DNA of 39,283 nt from Escherichia phage Carena: the sequence record OR769031.1. One strand, given 5' to 3'. A model generated the notes under the pieces. The model ran no database searches and had not been told where the DNA came from. It saw only the letters and a list, made by a program, of their open reading frames with translations. Shown here in pieces: positions 6,171 through 16,335 of this stretch. A program made the translations under genes and the position numbers. Within the stretch, counting starts at the first letter, position 1. Each line of letters starts with the position of its first letter.

Positions 6171-8822
6171 ATGACTAACGTAATCAACGCACCAAAGAAC
6201 GACTTCTCTGACATCGCTAACGCAATCATGCCGTACAACATTCTGGCTGACCACTACGGTGCACACCTTGCAGCTACGCAGTTACAGCTTGAGCACGAAG
6301 CGCACACTGAGGGTGAGAAGCGTTTTCTTAAGGCAATGGAACGTCAAATCAAAGCGGGTGAGTTCGGCGATAACGCAGTGGCTAAACCTCTCCTGTCATC
6401 CCTCGCACCAAAGTTTATCGAGGCGTGGAACACTTGGTTCACTGAAGTGGAAGCGAAGCGTGGCAAGCGTCCAGTGGCCTACAATCTGGTACAGAAGGTT
6501 GCACCTGAAGCTGCGGCATTCATCACACTGAAGGTCACACTGGCTTGCTTGACCAAAGAGGAATACACGAACCTTCAATCGGTCGCCACTAAGATTGGTC
6601 GTAGCATTGAAGATGAACTGCGTTTTGGTCGCATCCGTGACGAAGAAGCGAAGCACTTTAAGAACCATGTACAGGAGGCACTGAACAAGCGCGTTGGTAT
6701 CGTCTACAAGAAAGCATTCATGCAAGCCGTAGAGGGCAAGATGCTTGATGCTGGTCAACTGCAAACCAAGTGGACTACGTGGACACCTGAAGAATCAATC
6801 CACGTTGGAGTTCGCATGTTGGAACTGCTCATTGGGTCTACTGGTCTCGTTGAGTTACACAGACCGTTTGCTGGTAACGTTGAGAAGGATGGCGAGTACA
6901 TCCAGTTAACCGAGCAATACGTTGACCTGTTATCTAAACGTGCTGGCGCTCTGGCTGCGATTGCACCAATGTATCAACCTTGTGTAGTCCCTCCGAAGCC
7001 TTGGACTTCTCCGGTTGGCGGTGGCTATTGGGCGGCTGGTCGCAAGCCTCTCTCTCTGGTTCGTACTGGTTCCAAGAAGGGACTTGAGCGTTACAACGAT
7101 GTGTATATGCCTGAAGTCTACAAGGCGGTGAACATCGCACAGAATACTCCTTGGAAGATTAACAAGAAGGTTCTGGCAGTGGTCAACGAGATTGTGAACT
7201 GGAAGCATTGCCCGGTTGAAGATGTACCCGCTCTGGAACGTGGTGAACTCCCGGTCAAACCTGAAGACATCGACACCAACGAAGCGGCACTCAAAGCGTG
7301 GAAGAAAGCGGCCTCCGCAATCTACCGCAAAGAGAAGGCTCGCGTGTCTCGTCGCATGAGCATGGAGTTCATGTTAGGTCAGGCCAATAAGTTCGCACAG
7401 TTTAAAGCTATCTGGTTCCCAATGAACATGGACTGGCGCGGTCGTGTGTATGCGGTCCCTATGTTTAACCCGCAAGGCAACGACATGACTAAAGGTCTGT
7501 TAACGCTCGCTAAAGGTAAACCGATTGGTGTCGATGGGTACTACTGGCTGAAGATTCACGGTGCTAACACTGCTGGTGTGGACAAGGTGGACTTCGCAGA
7601 ACGCATCAAGTTCATTGATGACAACCACGAGAACATCATGAGCGTAGCGGCTGACCCAATTGCTAACACTTGGTGGGCTGAACAAGACTCCCCGTTCTGC
7701 TTCCTCGCGTTCTGCTTTGAGTATGCGGGAGTCCAGCACCACGGGATGAACTACAACTGCTCTCTGCCGCTGGCGTTCGATGGCTCTTGCTCTGGTATTC
7801 AGCACTTCTCCGCGATGCTCCGCGATGAGGTTGGCGGTCGTGCGGTTAACCTGCTGCCGAGCAAGGAAGTACAGGACATCTACCGCATCGTTGCTGAACG
7901 TGTGAACGAAATCCTGAACCAAGATGTTATCAACGGGACCGACAACGAAGTAGAGACCGTGACCAACAAGGACACAGGGGAAATCACCGAGAAGCTCAAG
8001 CTGGGTACTAAAGAACTAGCTGGTCAGTGGCTGGCCTACGGTGTGACTCGCAAGGTCACTAAACGTTCAGTCATGACGTTGGCTTACGGTTCCAAAGAGT
8101 ACGGATTCCGTGACCAAGTTCTTGAGGACACCATTCAGCCAGCTATCGACGATGGTAAAGGCTTGATGTTCACTCAACCGAACCAAGCGGCTGGCTATAT
8201 GGCTAAACTGATTTGGGACGCTGTAACGGTGACTGTGGTCGCTGCGGTTGAAGCAATGAACTGGCTGAAGTCTGCTGCTAAACTGCTGGCTGCTGAAGTC
8301 AAGGACAAGAAGACCAAAGAGGTTCTGCGCAAACGCTGTGCGGTACATTGGGTAACTCCTGATGGCTTCCCGGTCTGGCAGGAATATAAGAAGCCAGTAC
8401 AGACCCGCTTGAACCTGATGTTCTTAGGTCAGATTCGTTTGCAGCCTACCGTGAACACCAACAAGGATAGCGGCATTGATGCACGTAAGCAGGAGTCAGG
8501 TATCGCACCTAACTTTGTTCACTCAATGGATGGAAGCCACCTGCGAATGACTGTAGTGCGCTCCTATGAGGTCTACGGTGTGGAATCCTTCGCACTGATT
8601 CATGACTCATTTGGTACTATCCCGGCTGATGCTGGCAACCTGTTCAAAGCTGTACGTGAAACGATGGTGAACACCTATGAAGAAAACGATGTACTTGCAG
8701 ACTTCTATGAGCAATTTGCTGACCAGTTGCACGAATCACAGCTTGACAAGATGCCTGAGATGCCAGCTAAGGGTTCTCTGGACCTGCAAGAAATCCTTAA
8801 GTCAGACTTTGCGTTTGCCTAA
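6171..8822 (+). CDS. 1: Single-subunit DNA-dependent RNA polymerase (gp1), 883 aa
   Basis: Same length as T7 RNAP; catalytic and specificity-loop regions conserved (RLNLMFLGQ.RLQPT with Asn at the T7 N748-equivalent codon 8412-8414; HDSFGT). Confidence 0.98.
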   Translation: MTNVINAPKNDFSDIANAIMPYNILADHYGAHLAATQLQLEHEAHTEGEKRFLKAMERQIKAGEFGDNAVAKPLLSSLAPKFIEAWNTWFTEVEAKRGKRPVAYNLVQKVAPEAAAFITLKVTLACLTKEEYTNLQSVATKIGRSIEDELRFGRIRDEEAKHFKNHVQEALNKRVGIVYKKAFMQAVEGKMLDAGQLQTKWTTWTPEESIHVGVRMLELLIGSTGLVELHRPFAGNVEKDGEYIQLTEQYVDLLSKRAGALAAIAPMYQPCVVPPKPWTSPVGGGYWAAGRKPLSLVRTGSKKGLERYNDVYMPEVYKAVNIAQNTPWKINKKVLAVVNEIVNWKHCPVEDVPALERGELPVKPEDIDTNEAALKAWKKAASAIYRKEKARVSRRMSMEFMLGQANKFAQFKAIWFPMNMDWRGRVYAVPMFNPQGNDMTKGLLTLAKGKPIGVDGYYWLKIHGANTAGVDKVDFAERIKFIDDNHENIMSVAADPIANTWWAEQDSPFCFLAFCFEYAGVQHHGMNYNCSLPLAFDGSCSGIQHFSAMLRDEVGGRAVNLLPSKEVQDIYRIVAERVNEILNQDVINGTDNEVETVTNKDTGEITEKLKLGTKELAGQWLAYGVTRKVTKRSVMTLAYGSKEYGFRDQVLEDTIQPAIDDGKGLMFTQPNQAAGYMAKLIWDAVTVTVVAAVEAMNWLKSAAKLLAAEVKDKKTKEVLRKRCAVHWVTPDGFPVWQEYKKPVQTRLNLMFLGQIRLQPTVNTNKDSGIDARKQESGIAPNFVHSMDGSHLRMTVVRSYEVYGVESFALIHDSFGTIPADAGNLFKAVRETMVNTYEENDVLADFYEQFADQLHESQLDKMPEMPAKGSLDLQEILKSDFAFA

Positions 8823-8829
8823 CGGAATC

Positions 8830-8852
8830 TAATACGACTCACTATTGGGAGA
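8830..8852 (+). promoter_or_regulatory. Phage RNAP promoter (phi1.1A-like)
   Basis: TAATACGACTCACTATTGGGAGA. Confidence 0.85.
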
Positions 8853-8911
8853 CCCTTGGGGTTTCCCCTACTTTAAGATAACTTTAAGTTTAACTTTAAG
8901 AGGCAACAACT

Positions 8912-9481
8912 ATGTTTACTTTCATTGCAACCACTACCGCTATCATCTCCACCACACTGGCTATCGTCTTCCTCAAGACTGGTAAGCAAGTCAATGACCA
9001 ACTCAATGCAGCCTATAAGGAACGTAAAGTTCTCAAAGAGAATCTGGCTGAAGGTCATAGTGAACTGGCATCCATGCGCAATTACATTGAGAGATACAAG
9101 CGAGAGACTGAGAGCGACATGAAGTTTGAAAGTGAGCGCACCAAGGCAATCATCACAGACCATGTGAACCGCAACAAGGAACTGAGAGAGCACATTAAGG
9201 AGTTAGAGAAGTTCCGCGATGGCATCCTGTTTAGTGACATCACGTCTATCAAGTTTACTGCTCACATCCCGGATGCTGGATGGAAGCGCACTGAGTTCAA
9301 GCTAGGCATAGGGTCTTGTGGCAAAGAGGTTACATGTTTGCACTGGAAAGAACAGTCGGACCGTTACCTGCTGACACAGACATGCACTGATGGTGAGCGC
9401 AAAGAGTTCACCTATTATAAGAAAGACGTAGCGGGTCGCATTGAGATTGCACGTAAGGTTGCAGACAATACGACTCACTAA
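8912..9481 (+). CDS. Hypothetical membrane-anchored protein in the gene 1.05 slot, 189 aa
   Basis: SD and phi1.1A upstream; N-terminal TM helix (FTFIATTTAIISTTLAIVFL), long charged coiled-coil, Cys-containing C-terminal domain; not present in T7. Confidence 0.8.
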   Translation: MFTFIATTTAIISTTLAIVFLKTGKQVNDQLNAAYKERKVLKENLAEGHSELASMRNYIERYKRETESDMKFESERTKAIITDHVNRNKELREHIKELEKFRDGILFSDITSIKFTAHIPDAGWKRTEFKLGIGSCGKEVTCLHWKEQSDRYLLTQTCTDGERKEFTYYKKDVAGRIEIARKVADNTTH

Positions 9482-9488
9482 TGGGAAA
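9466..9488 (+). promoter_or_regulatory. Phage RNAP promoter (phi1.1B-like)
   Basis: CAATACGACTCACTAATGGGAAA; overlaps the last four codons and stop of the upstream ORF. Confidence 0.8.
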
Positions 9489-9498
9489 CACTGAAAGT

Positions 9499-9538
9499 TA
9501 AACTCAAGGTCATCTACATGGTGGCCTTCATGATTAAC
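9499..9538 (+). promoter_or_regulatory. RNase III processing site (R1.1-like)
   Basis: AAACTCAAGGTCATCTACATGGTGGCCTTCATGATTAAC. Confidence 0.7.
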
Positions 9539-9570
9539 TGTCAACGATACTACAAAGAGGAAATAACATT

Positions 9571-9720
9571 ATGCGTACCAACTTTGAACCAACCACTAAG
9601 CGCAACAACGTCATCAACGAACACGGTGCTGAATGGCAGGAACGTAAAGACCGCATGAAGAAACGCCACAAGACAAAGCGTGGTAACTCTGAGAAACGTA
9701 ACTGGAAGGAGGCACTCTAA
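9571..9720 (+). CDS. 1.1: gp1.1-like small basic protein, 49 aa
   Basis: SD AAGAGG; highly basic (K/R-rich); size and position as T7 gp1.1; not in track (<60 aa). Confidence 0.7.
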   Translation: MRTNFEPTTKRNNVINEHGAEWQERKDRMKKRHKTKRGNSEKRNWKEAL

Positions 9721-9992
9721 TGGGTCGCTTATACAGTGGTAACTTAATGGCATACAAAGACGCTATCGAACGACTCAAAGAAGACCACGATGTGAGTGTG
9801 GTCGTTGAGACTTTCCGCTATGAGAACTATGCGAGGATGCGATGGGTATCCGGTGAGACTCTTCGAGTGGTCTTACGGAATGGCTTAGTGTTAACCTCTA
9901 AGTGTTTCGAACAGGACGATGAAGACGTTCGCTGCAATGCACAGACTGAATGGCTTCGTAAGGTACACAGTGACCTGAAGCACTGGAAGTAA
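9720..9992 (+). CDS. 1.2: gp1.2-like (host dGTPase inhibitor family), 90 aa
   Basis: Starts MGRLYSGNL and ends DLKHWK like T7 gp1.2 (MGRLYSGNL...LKDWK); TAATG overlap with gene 1.1 stop. Confidence 0.85.
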   Translation: MGRLYSGNLMAYKDAIERLKEDHDVSVVVETFRYENYARMRWVSGETLRVVLRNGLVLTSKCFEQDDEDVRCNAQTEWLRKVHSDLKHWK

Positions 9993-10012
9993 TACGACTC
10001 ACTATTGCGAGA
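9990..10012 (+). promoter_or_regulatory. Phage RNAP promoter (phi1.3-like)
   Basis: TAATACGACTCACTATTGCGAGA (C at +2); its first TAA is the gene 1.2 stop codon. Confidence 0.8.
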
Positions 10013-10014
10013 GG

Positions 10015-10055
10015 TAAACTCAAGGTCATCTACACGGTGGCCTTTGTGATTAACT
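10015..10055 (+). promoter_or_regulatory. RNase III processing site (R1.3-like)
   Basis: AAACTCAAGGTCATCTACACGGTGGCCTTTGTGATTAAC. Confidence 0.7.
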
Positions 10056-10097
10056 TTTGCTTAAACATTAACCAATACACACTAAAGGAGTTCCATC

Positions 10098-11180
10098 ATG
10101 GAAATCACATTCAAGACTAACCCATTCAAAGCAGTATCCTACGTTGAGTCTGCCATTAAGAAAGCACTCGACAAAGCTGGCTACCTGATTGCTGACACTA
10201 AGCATGATGGTGTGCGTGGCAACATCGTGGTTGATAATACGGCTGACTGTCTGTGGCTGTCCCGTGTCTCTAAGACCATCCCCGCGCTTGAGCACCTTAA
10301 TGGGTTCGACCAACGCTGGGCTAATGTTCTCAAAGATGACCGCTGGATTTTCCCTGATGGCTTCATGCTCGATGGTGAACTCATGGTCAAAGGTGTAGAC
10401 TTCAACACAGGGTCTGGCCTGCTGCGTACCAAGTGGCTTAAAGCTACAAACTTCGTACACTCCACCAGCGAATACTTCCATGAAGAGTGGAAGAAGAACA
10501 AACAGCCGTTTGAGTTAGACCCACAGCGCCTGAAGGTTGTCCTGTATGCTGCTATGCCGTATCACGATATGGTAGAAGGCAAAGAGTATGGAGTTATGTC
10601 CCTCCTGATGCAAGAGCATGTGCGTTCCCTCATTCCGGTTCTTAGTGAACACTTCCCGGAAATAACTTGGGAACTCTCTGAGGCCAAAGAAGTCTACGAC
10701 ATGGTAGAACTTCAGGAACTCTACGAGAAAGCTCGTGCTGATGGACATGAAGGTCTGGTCGTCAAAGACCCGCTTGAAGTTTACAAGCGTGGCAAGAAGT
10801 CTGGCTGGTGGAAGATGAAGCCTGAGAATGAAGCTGATGGTATTATCGTTGGCCTCAATTGGGGGACTAAAGGTCTCGCTAATGAAGGCAAAGTGATTGG
10901 CTTCGAGGTTCTCTTGGAGTCTGGTCGCGTAGTTAACGCCAACAACATTAGCCAAGAGTTGATGGACGAGTTCACCGAGAAGGTAAAGGAGAAGACACTA
11001 AGTGACTGTGGGTTCTTCAGTCCATACGGAATCGGAGACAATGATGCCTGTACGCGTAACCCTTATGAGGGCTGGCAATGTCAGGTAGCCTACATGGAGG
11101 AAACTCCTGATGGTTCTCTGCGTCACCCATCGTTCGTTATGTTCCGTGGTGTCGAGTCAGACCCAACGGTCAAGATGTAA
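10098..11180 (+). CDS. 1.3: ATP-dependent DNA ligase (gp1.3), 360 aa
   Basis: Adenylation motif K.DGVRG (active-site Lys), conserved blocks SRVSKTIPALEHLNGFD, GEL.VKGVDFNTGSGLLRTKW, KRGKKSGWWKMKPE as in T7 ligase. Confidence 0.95.
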   Translation: MEITFKTNPFKAVSYVESAIKKALDKAGYLIADTKHDGVRGNIVVDNTADCLWLSRVSKTIPALEHLNGFDQRWANVLKDDRWIFPDGFMLDGELMVKGVDFNTGSGLLRTKWLKATNFVHSTSEYFHEEWKKNKQPFELDPQRLKVVLYAAMPYHDMVEGKEYGVMSLLMQEHVRSLIPVLSEHFPEITWELSEAKEVYDMVELQELYEKARADGHEGLVVKDPLEVYKRGKKSGWWKMKPENEADGIIVGLNWGTKGLANEGKVIGFEVLLESGRVVNANNISQELMDEFTEKVKEKTLSDCGFFSPYGIGDNDACTRNPYEGWQCQVAYMEETPDGSLRHPSFVMFRGVESDPTVKM

Positions 11181-11190
11181 ATAAATCAAT

Positions 11191-11225
11191 GGTCAGTCCT
11201 TAGCGGGGCTGGCCTTTTGCGTTTC
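11191..11225 (+). terminator. Candidate early terminator (TE-like)
   Basis: GGUCAG/CUGGCC 6-bp stem (one G-U) followed by UUUUGCGUUUC; same location and U-rich tail (..GGCCTTT.TGCGTTT.TATA) as recalled T7 TE. Confidence 0.4.
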
Positions 11226-11247
11226 TATACGACTCACTATGGAGGAA
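11225..11247 (+). promoter_or_regulatory. Degenerate phage RNAP promoter (phi1.5-like)
   Basis: CTATACGACTCACTATGGAGGAA; -13..-3 core intact, -17/-16 and -1 deviate; GGAGGA doubles as SD. Confidence 0.45.
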
Positions 11248-11254
11248 CAACCTC

Positions 11255-11335
11255 ATGCTATTTCTAATTGTCGCTGTAATTGTTGCCACATTTGCTTTCG
11301 TTGTCATTGACGACAATTGCTGGCCTGATTGCTAA
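11255..11335 (+). CDS. Small hydrophobic peptide (gp1.5-like), 26 aa
   Basis: SD GGAGGA 8 nt upstream; hydrophobic core plus acidic/Cys tail, pattern like T7 gp1.5; not in track. Confidence 0.45.
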   Translation: MLFLIVAVIVATFAFVVIDDNCWPDC

Positions 11336-11355
11336 TACGACTCACACATGGAGGA
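11333..11355 (+). promoter_or_regulatory. Degenerate phage RNAP promoter (phi1.6-like)
   Basis: TAATACGACTCACACATGGAGGA; -17..-5 perfect, -4..-1 altered (ACAT instead of TATT). Confidence 0.5.
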
Positions 11356-11362
11356 CACACAA

Positions 11363-11626
11363 ATGTTAAGACTTCACTTCAACAAATCTAACGGTATCTT
11401 CTCTGCCCGTGGCTCTGACCGCTCGACGGTTCTTGCCTCTGAGAAACATGCAGTCATCCCTAAAGTGCTTGGCTCGACCATTGAGTTAGCACCTCGTGTT
11501 CACGCTGTAATAACCACTGGCTTATATAAAGAAGCGACCACTGGCTCCCGGCCTTTCATTCCGGTTCTCGTCACCCGTTTCCCTAAAGTCCGTCTGGTAA
11601 TTGCTCGTATCAAGGAGGTGTTCTAA
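11363..11626 (+). CDS. 1.6: gp1.6-like protein, 87 aa
   Basis: Start at second ATG (SD GGAGGA 8 nt upstream); MLRLHFNKS...VTRFP.VRL...RIKEVF similar to T7 gp1.6. Confidence 0.8.
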   Translation: MLRLHFNKSNGIFSARGSDRSTVLASEKHAVIPKVLGSTIELAPRVHAVITTGLYKEATTGSRPFIPVLVTRFPKVRLVIARIKEVF

Positions 11627-11997
11627 TGTCTGGTTGCATCGCATGTTTAGAGAAAGATGACCGATACCCTCACACTTGCAAAACAAAGCACACAAGTGAG
11701 TGTACAATATGGAATGGCGCTGGTGTGTGTAGCTGCACTGAGTCAGACAAACCACAAGATATAGAGGGTGTTCGCAAGCCGAGCCACTATATGTTGTTTG
11801 ATGACATTGAGGCTATTGAGGTGATTGCCCGGTCGATGACCCGTGAGCAATTCAAAGGGTACTGCTTAGGGAACATCCTTAAGTATCGACTACGTGCTGG
11901 TAAGAAATCTGAACTGGCATTCTTAGAGAAGGACATGGCGAAAGCTGGGTTCTATGGTGAACTTTACGAGAAACATAAGGGCAAGTGTTATGCTTAA
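11626..11997 (+). CDS. 1.7: gp1.7-like nucleotide kinase (short form), 123 aa
   Basis: CIACLEKDDRYPHTC and C-terminal KPSHYMLFDDIEAIEVIARSMT.EQFKGYC.GNILKYRLRAGKKSELA.LEKD as in T7 gp1.7; shorter than the 196-aa T7 protein. Confidence 0.85.
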   Translation: MSGCIACLEKDDRYPHTCKTKHTSECTIWNGAGVCSCTESDKPQDIEGVRKPSHYMLFDDIEAIEVIARSMTREQFKGYCLGNILKYRLRAGKKSELAFLEKDMAKAGFYGELYEKHKGKCYA

Positions 11998-12088
11998 ACC
12001 TAGTGAATGGTGTGAACGTATGTTCGAAAAGACGGGCAACGTTGACTACTTAGAGTTATATAATCAGTGGAAGGAGAGAGGTCAATGA
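11990..12088 (+). CDS. 1.8: gp1.8-like small protein, 32 aa
   Basis: Overlaps end of 1.7 and start of gene 2; C-terminus [10 protein letters not shown] resembles T7 gp1.8 (...LYELWKSRGQ); not in track. Confidence 0.55.
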   Translation: MLKPSEWCERMFEKTGNVDYLELYNQWKERGQ

Positions 12089-12276
12089 GCAACTTAAACA
12101 AAGGGTCACTTGTAAACGGTGACAAGAAGTTCTTCGCAACGGTCGAAGGCCAAGGCCAATCGTTCGAAGTCCCTGTGTTCGCTGCGTCTCTTGAAGAGGC
12201 CAACGAGTTAGCTGAGTGGCAATATGTCCCGGCTGGCTTCGCAGTGACACGCATCCGTCCAGACCGAAAGGTTTAA
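12085..12276 (+). CDS. 2: Host RNA polymerase inhibitor Gp2, 63 aa
   Basis: ATGA overlap with 1.8 stop; MSNLNKGSL...FEVP...[14 protein letters not shown] matches T7 Gp2. Confidence 0.9.
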   Translation: MSNLNKGSLVNGDKKFFATVEGQGQSFEVPVFAASLEEANELAEWQYVPAGFAVTRIRPDRKV

Positions 12277-12296
12277 TAGGACTCACTATTGGGAGA
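12274..12296 (+). promoter_or_regulatory. Phage RNAP promoter (phi2.5-like)
   Basis: TAATAGGACTCACTATTGGGAGA; first TAA is the gene 2 stop codon. Confidence 0.8.
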
Positions 12297-12344
12297 CACA
12301 GCGTTTCCCAATTTTAACTTTCAGAAACTTTAAGGAGAAACATC

Positions 12345-13043
12345 ATGGCTTTCAACAAACGTAAAGTATTCACTTCCGCTCGTGGCGTTGCTGAACCGTA
12401 TTGCTATCTGGCTAAACCGGACTTCGGTAGCGGTGACTTCAAGAACGAACGTGGTGTCTACAAGGTGTCACTTACTGTATCCAACGACGACCCTCGCTGT
12501 CAGAAAATGATTGACGAGATTGTCGAAGCCCATGAAGCGGACTATGCTGCTCGTCTCGAAGAGTACGAAGCGAACCCGCCGAAAGTTGTCAAGGGTAAGA
12601 AACCGCTGAAGCCGTATGTTGGCGACATGCCTTTCATGGATAACGAAGACGGAACCACTACGTTCAACTTCAAGTGCTACGGCTCGTTCACTGACAAGAA
12701 GACTGGTGAGAACAAACCAATCGACTTGGCTATCGTGGACTCCAAGGGCAAGCGCATTCGTGGCGAACGTCCAGCTATCTCTGGTGGCTCTGAATTGAAA
12801 ATCAAATACACCCTGTTCCCTTATGGCTGGTCTGCTGTGGCTGGTGCATCCGTTAAGCTGCAACTGGATTCTGTGATGCTGATTAAGCTGGTCGAGTTCG
12901 GTGGTGGTGATGATGATTGGGGTGATGAAGTCGAAGAAGACGGTTATGTAGCTGATGAAGCACAGACCCGCAAGCCGCAGAACGACTCTGGCTGGGACGA
13001 AGAACCAGAAGAGGACGATGAAGACGAAGACGGTGACTTCTAA
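12345..13043 (+). CDS. 2.5: Single-stranded DNA-binding protein (gp2.5), 232 aa
   Basis: Conserved OB-fold blocks and acidic C-terminal tail ending ...EDDEDEDGDF as in T7 gp2.5. Confidence 0.95.
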   Translation: MAFNKRKVFTSARGVAEPYCYLAKPDFGSGDFKNERGVYKVSLTVSNDDPRCQKMIDEIVEAHEADYAARLEEYEANPPKVVKGKKPLKPYVGDMPFMDNEDGTTTFNFKCYGSFTDKKTGENKPIDLAIVDSKGKRIRGERPAISGGSELKIKYTLFPYGWSAVAGASVKLQLDSVMLIKLVEFGGGDDDWGDEVEEDGYVADEAQTRKPQNDSGWDEEPEEDDEDEDGDF

Positions 13044-13489
13044 TGGCTAAGGGTTATGCAGGTCGAGGCACTCGTGTGGGTGCCTTTCGCTCTGGCTTGG
13101 AGGATAAGGTAAGCAAGCAACTTGAAGGGAAGAACATTAAGTTCGACTACGAGCGTTGGCGTGTACCGTATGTTGTTCCTGCAAGCAACCATACCTATTG
13201 CCCGGACTTCCTGTTACCTAATGGCATCTTTGTGGAAACAAAGGGTCTGTGGGATAGTGACGACCGCAAGAAACACTTACTGATTCGTGAACAGTATCCT
13301 GAACTTGATGTGCGCATCGTGTTCTCTTCTAGCCGCTCCAAGCTGTACAAAGGGTCTCCGACCAGCTACGGTGAGTGGTGCGAGAAGCATGGCATTCTGT
13401 TTGCTGACAAGTTAATTCCAGTTGATTGGCTAAAAGAGCCTTCTAAGGATGTTCCATTCGATAAATTTAAAGAGGTGAAGAAGAAATGA
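13043..13489 (+). CDS. 3: Endonuclease I (Holliday junction resolvase, gp3), 148 aa
   Basis: Near-identical to recalled T7 gp3 (GAFRSGLEDKVSKQLE...YVIPASNHTY.PDFLLPNGIFVETKGLW). Confidence 0.95.
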   Translation: MAKGYAGRGTRVGAFRSGLEDKVSKQLEGKNIKFDYERWRVPYVVPASNHTYCPDFLLPNGIFVETKGLWDSDDRKKHLLIREQYPELDVRIVFSSSRSKLYKGSPTSYGEWCEKHGILFADKLIPVDWLKEPSKDVPFDKFKEVKKK

Positions 13490-13941
13490 GTAAGGTACAA
13501 TTCAAACCACGCGCTGTGACAGAAGCAATCTTTGTCCACTGTAGCGCAACCAAGGCGTCCATGAATGTTGGACTGCGTGAAATCCGTCAGTGGCATAAAG
13601 AACAGGGCTGGCTTGATGTAGGCTACCACTTCATTATTCGCCGTGATGGTACAATCGAAGAAGGCCGTCCGGTCGATGTCGTTGGGTCTCACGTTAAGGA
13701 CTGGAACAGTAAGTCAGTCGGTGTGTGCCTCGTTGGTGGTATCGACGATAAGGGCAGACACGAAGCTAACTTTACGCCAGCACAGATGCACTCTCTGAAA
13801 GAGAAACTTGCAGACCTGCTGGACATGTACCCAGATGCTGAAGTGAAAGCTCACCATGACGTTGCACCTAAAGCGTGTCCGTCTTTCAACTTGAGTCGCT
13901 GGCTGAAAACTGGTGAATTAGTAACTAGTGATTGGGGTTAA
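13486..13941 (+). CDS. 3.5: N-acetylmuramoyl-L-alanine amidase / T7-type lysozyme (gp3.5), 151 aa
   Basis: AIFVHCSATK, EIRQWHKEQGWLDVGYHFII.RDGT, HH.VAPKACPSF as in T7 lysozyme. Confidence 0.95.
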   Translation: MSKVQFKPRAVTEAIFVHCSATKASMNVGLREIRQWHKEQGWLDVGYHFIIRRDGTIEEGRPVDVVGSHVKDWNSKSVGVCLVGGIDDKGRHEANFTPAQMHSLKEKLADLLDMYPDAEVKAHHDVAPKACPSFNLSRWLKTGELVTSDWG

Positions 13942-13945
13942 TATT

Positions 13946-14038
13946 ATGATGATTATCCACGAGATGGGTCTATACGATTTGGCTTATCGCTTGGCATTCC
14001 TGCTGGCAATGGTCTACATTCTGACCCGCAAGGATTAA
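13946..14038 (+). CDS. Small hydrophobic peptide, 30 aa
   Basis: ATG 5 nt after gene 3.5 stop; single predicted TM segment; stop codon is the TAA of the following promoter; not in track; no strong SD. Confidence 0.35.
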   Translation: MMIIHEMGLYDLAYRLAFLLAMVYILTRKD

Positions 14039-14058
14039 TAGAACTCACTATGGGAGGA
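14036..14058 (+). promoter_or_regulatory. Phage RNAP promoter (phi3.8-like)
   Basis: TAATAGAACTCACTATGGGAGGA. Confidence 0.65.
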
Positions 14059-14108
14059 CCGAAAGGTTTCTCCCTTTGTTCGCTAAAATTGTATAAGGAG
14101 TAACCACT

Positions 14109-16056
<1,948 letters not shown>

Positions 16057-16058
<2 letters not shown>

Positions 16059-16079
16059 ATACGACTCACTAATGGGACA
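16057..16079 (+). promoter_or_regulatory. Phage RNAP promoter (phi4.3-like)
   Basis: AAATACGACTCACTAATGGGACA. Confidence 0.75.
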
Positions 16080-16122
16080 GACACTCTGTTCCCACTTATC
16101 AATCCACTTAAGGAGAATCACA

Positions 16123-16335
16123 ATGTTTAAATTCATCAACACTCTTGGTAAGCTGGTAGTTAAAATGTACTTCCGTGAAGCTAAACGTATGAACGACAAG
16201 GCACGTAAGGACGCTGAACAGGCGCAACGGTTGGCTAAACAGGCGCGTCTACTGTCTGAAGATGCAAGTGCTGGCGTTACGTCTGCTGCTAAGATTGCAG
16301 CGAAAGCAACCGACCTAAACAAGTTCTTCCTGTAA
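16123..16335 (+). CDS. 4.3: gp4.3-like protein, 70 aa
   Basis: SD AAGGAG 6 nt upstream; positional and size analog of T7 gene 4.3; basic coiled-coil. Confidence 0.8.
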   Translation: MFKFINTLGKLVVKMYFREAKRMNDKARKDAEQAQRLAKQARLLSEDASAGVTSAAKIAAKATDLNKFFL

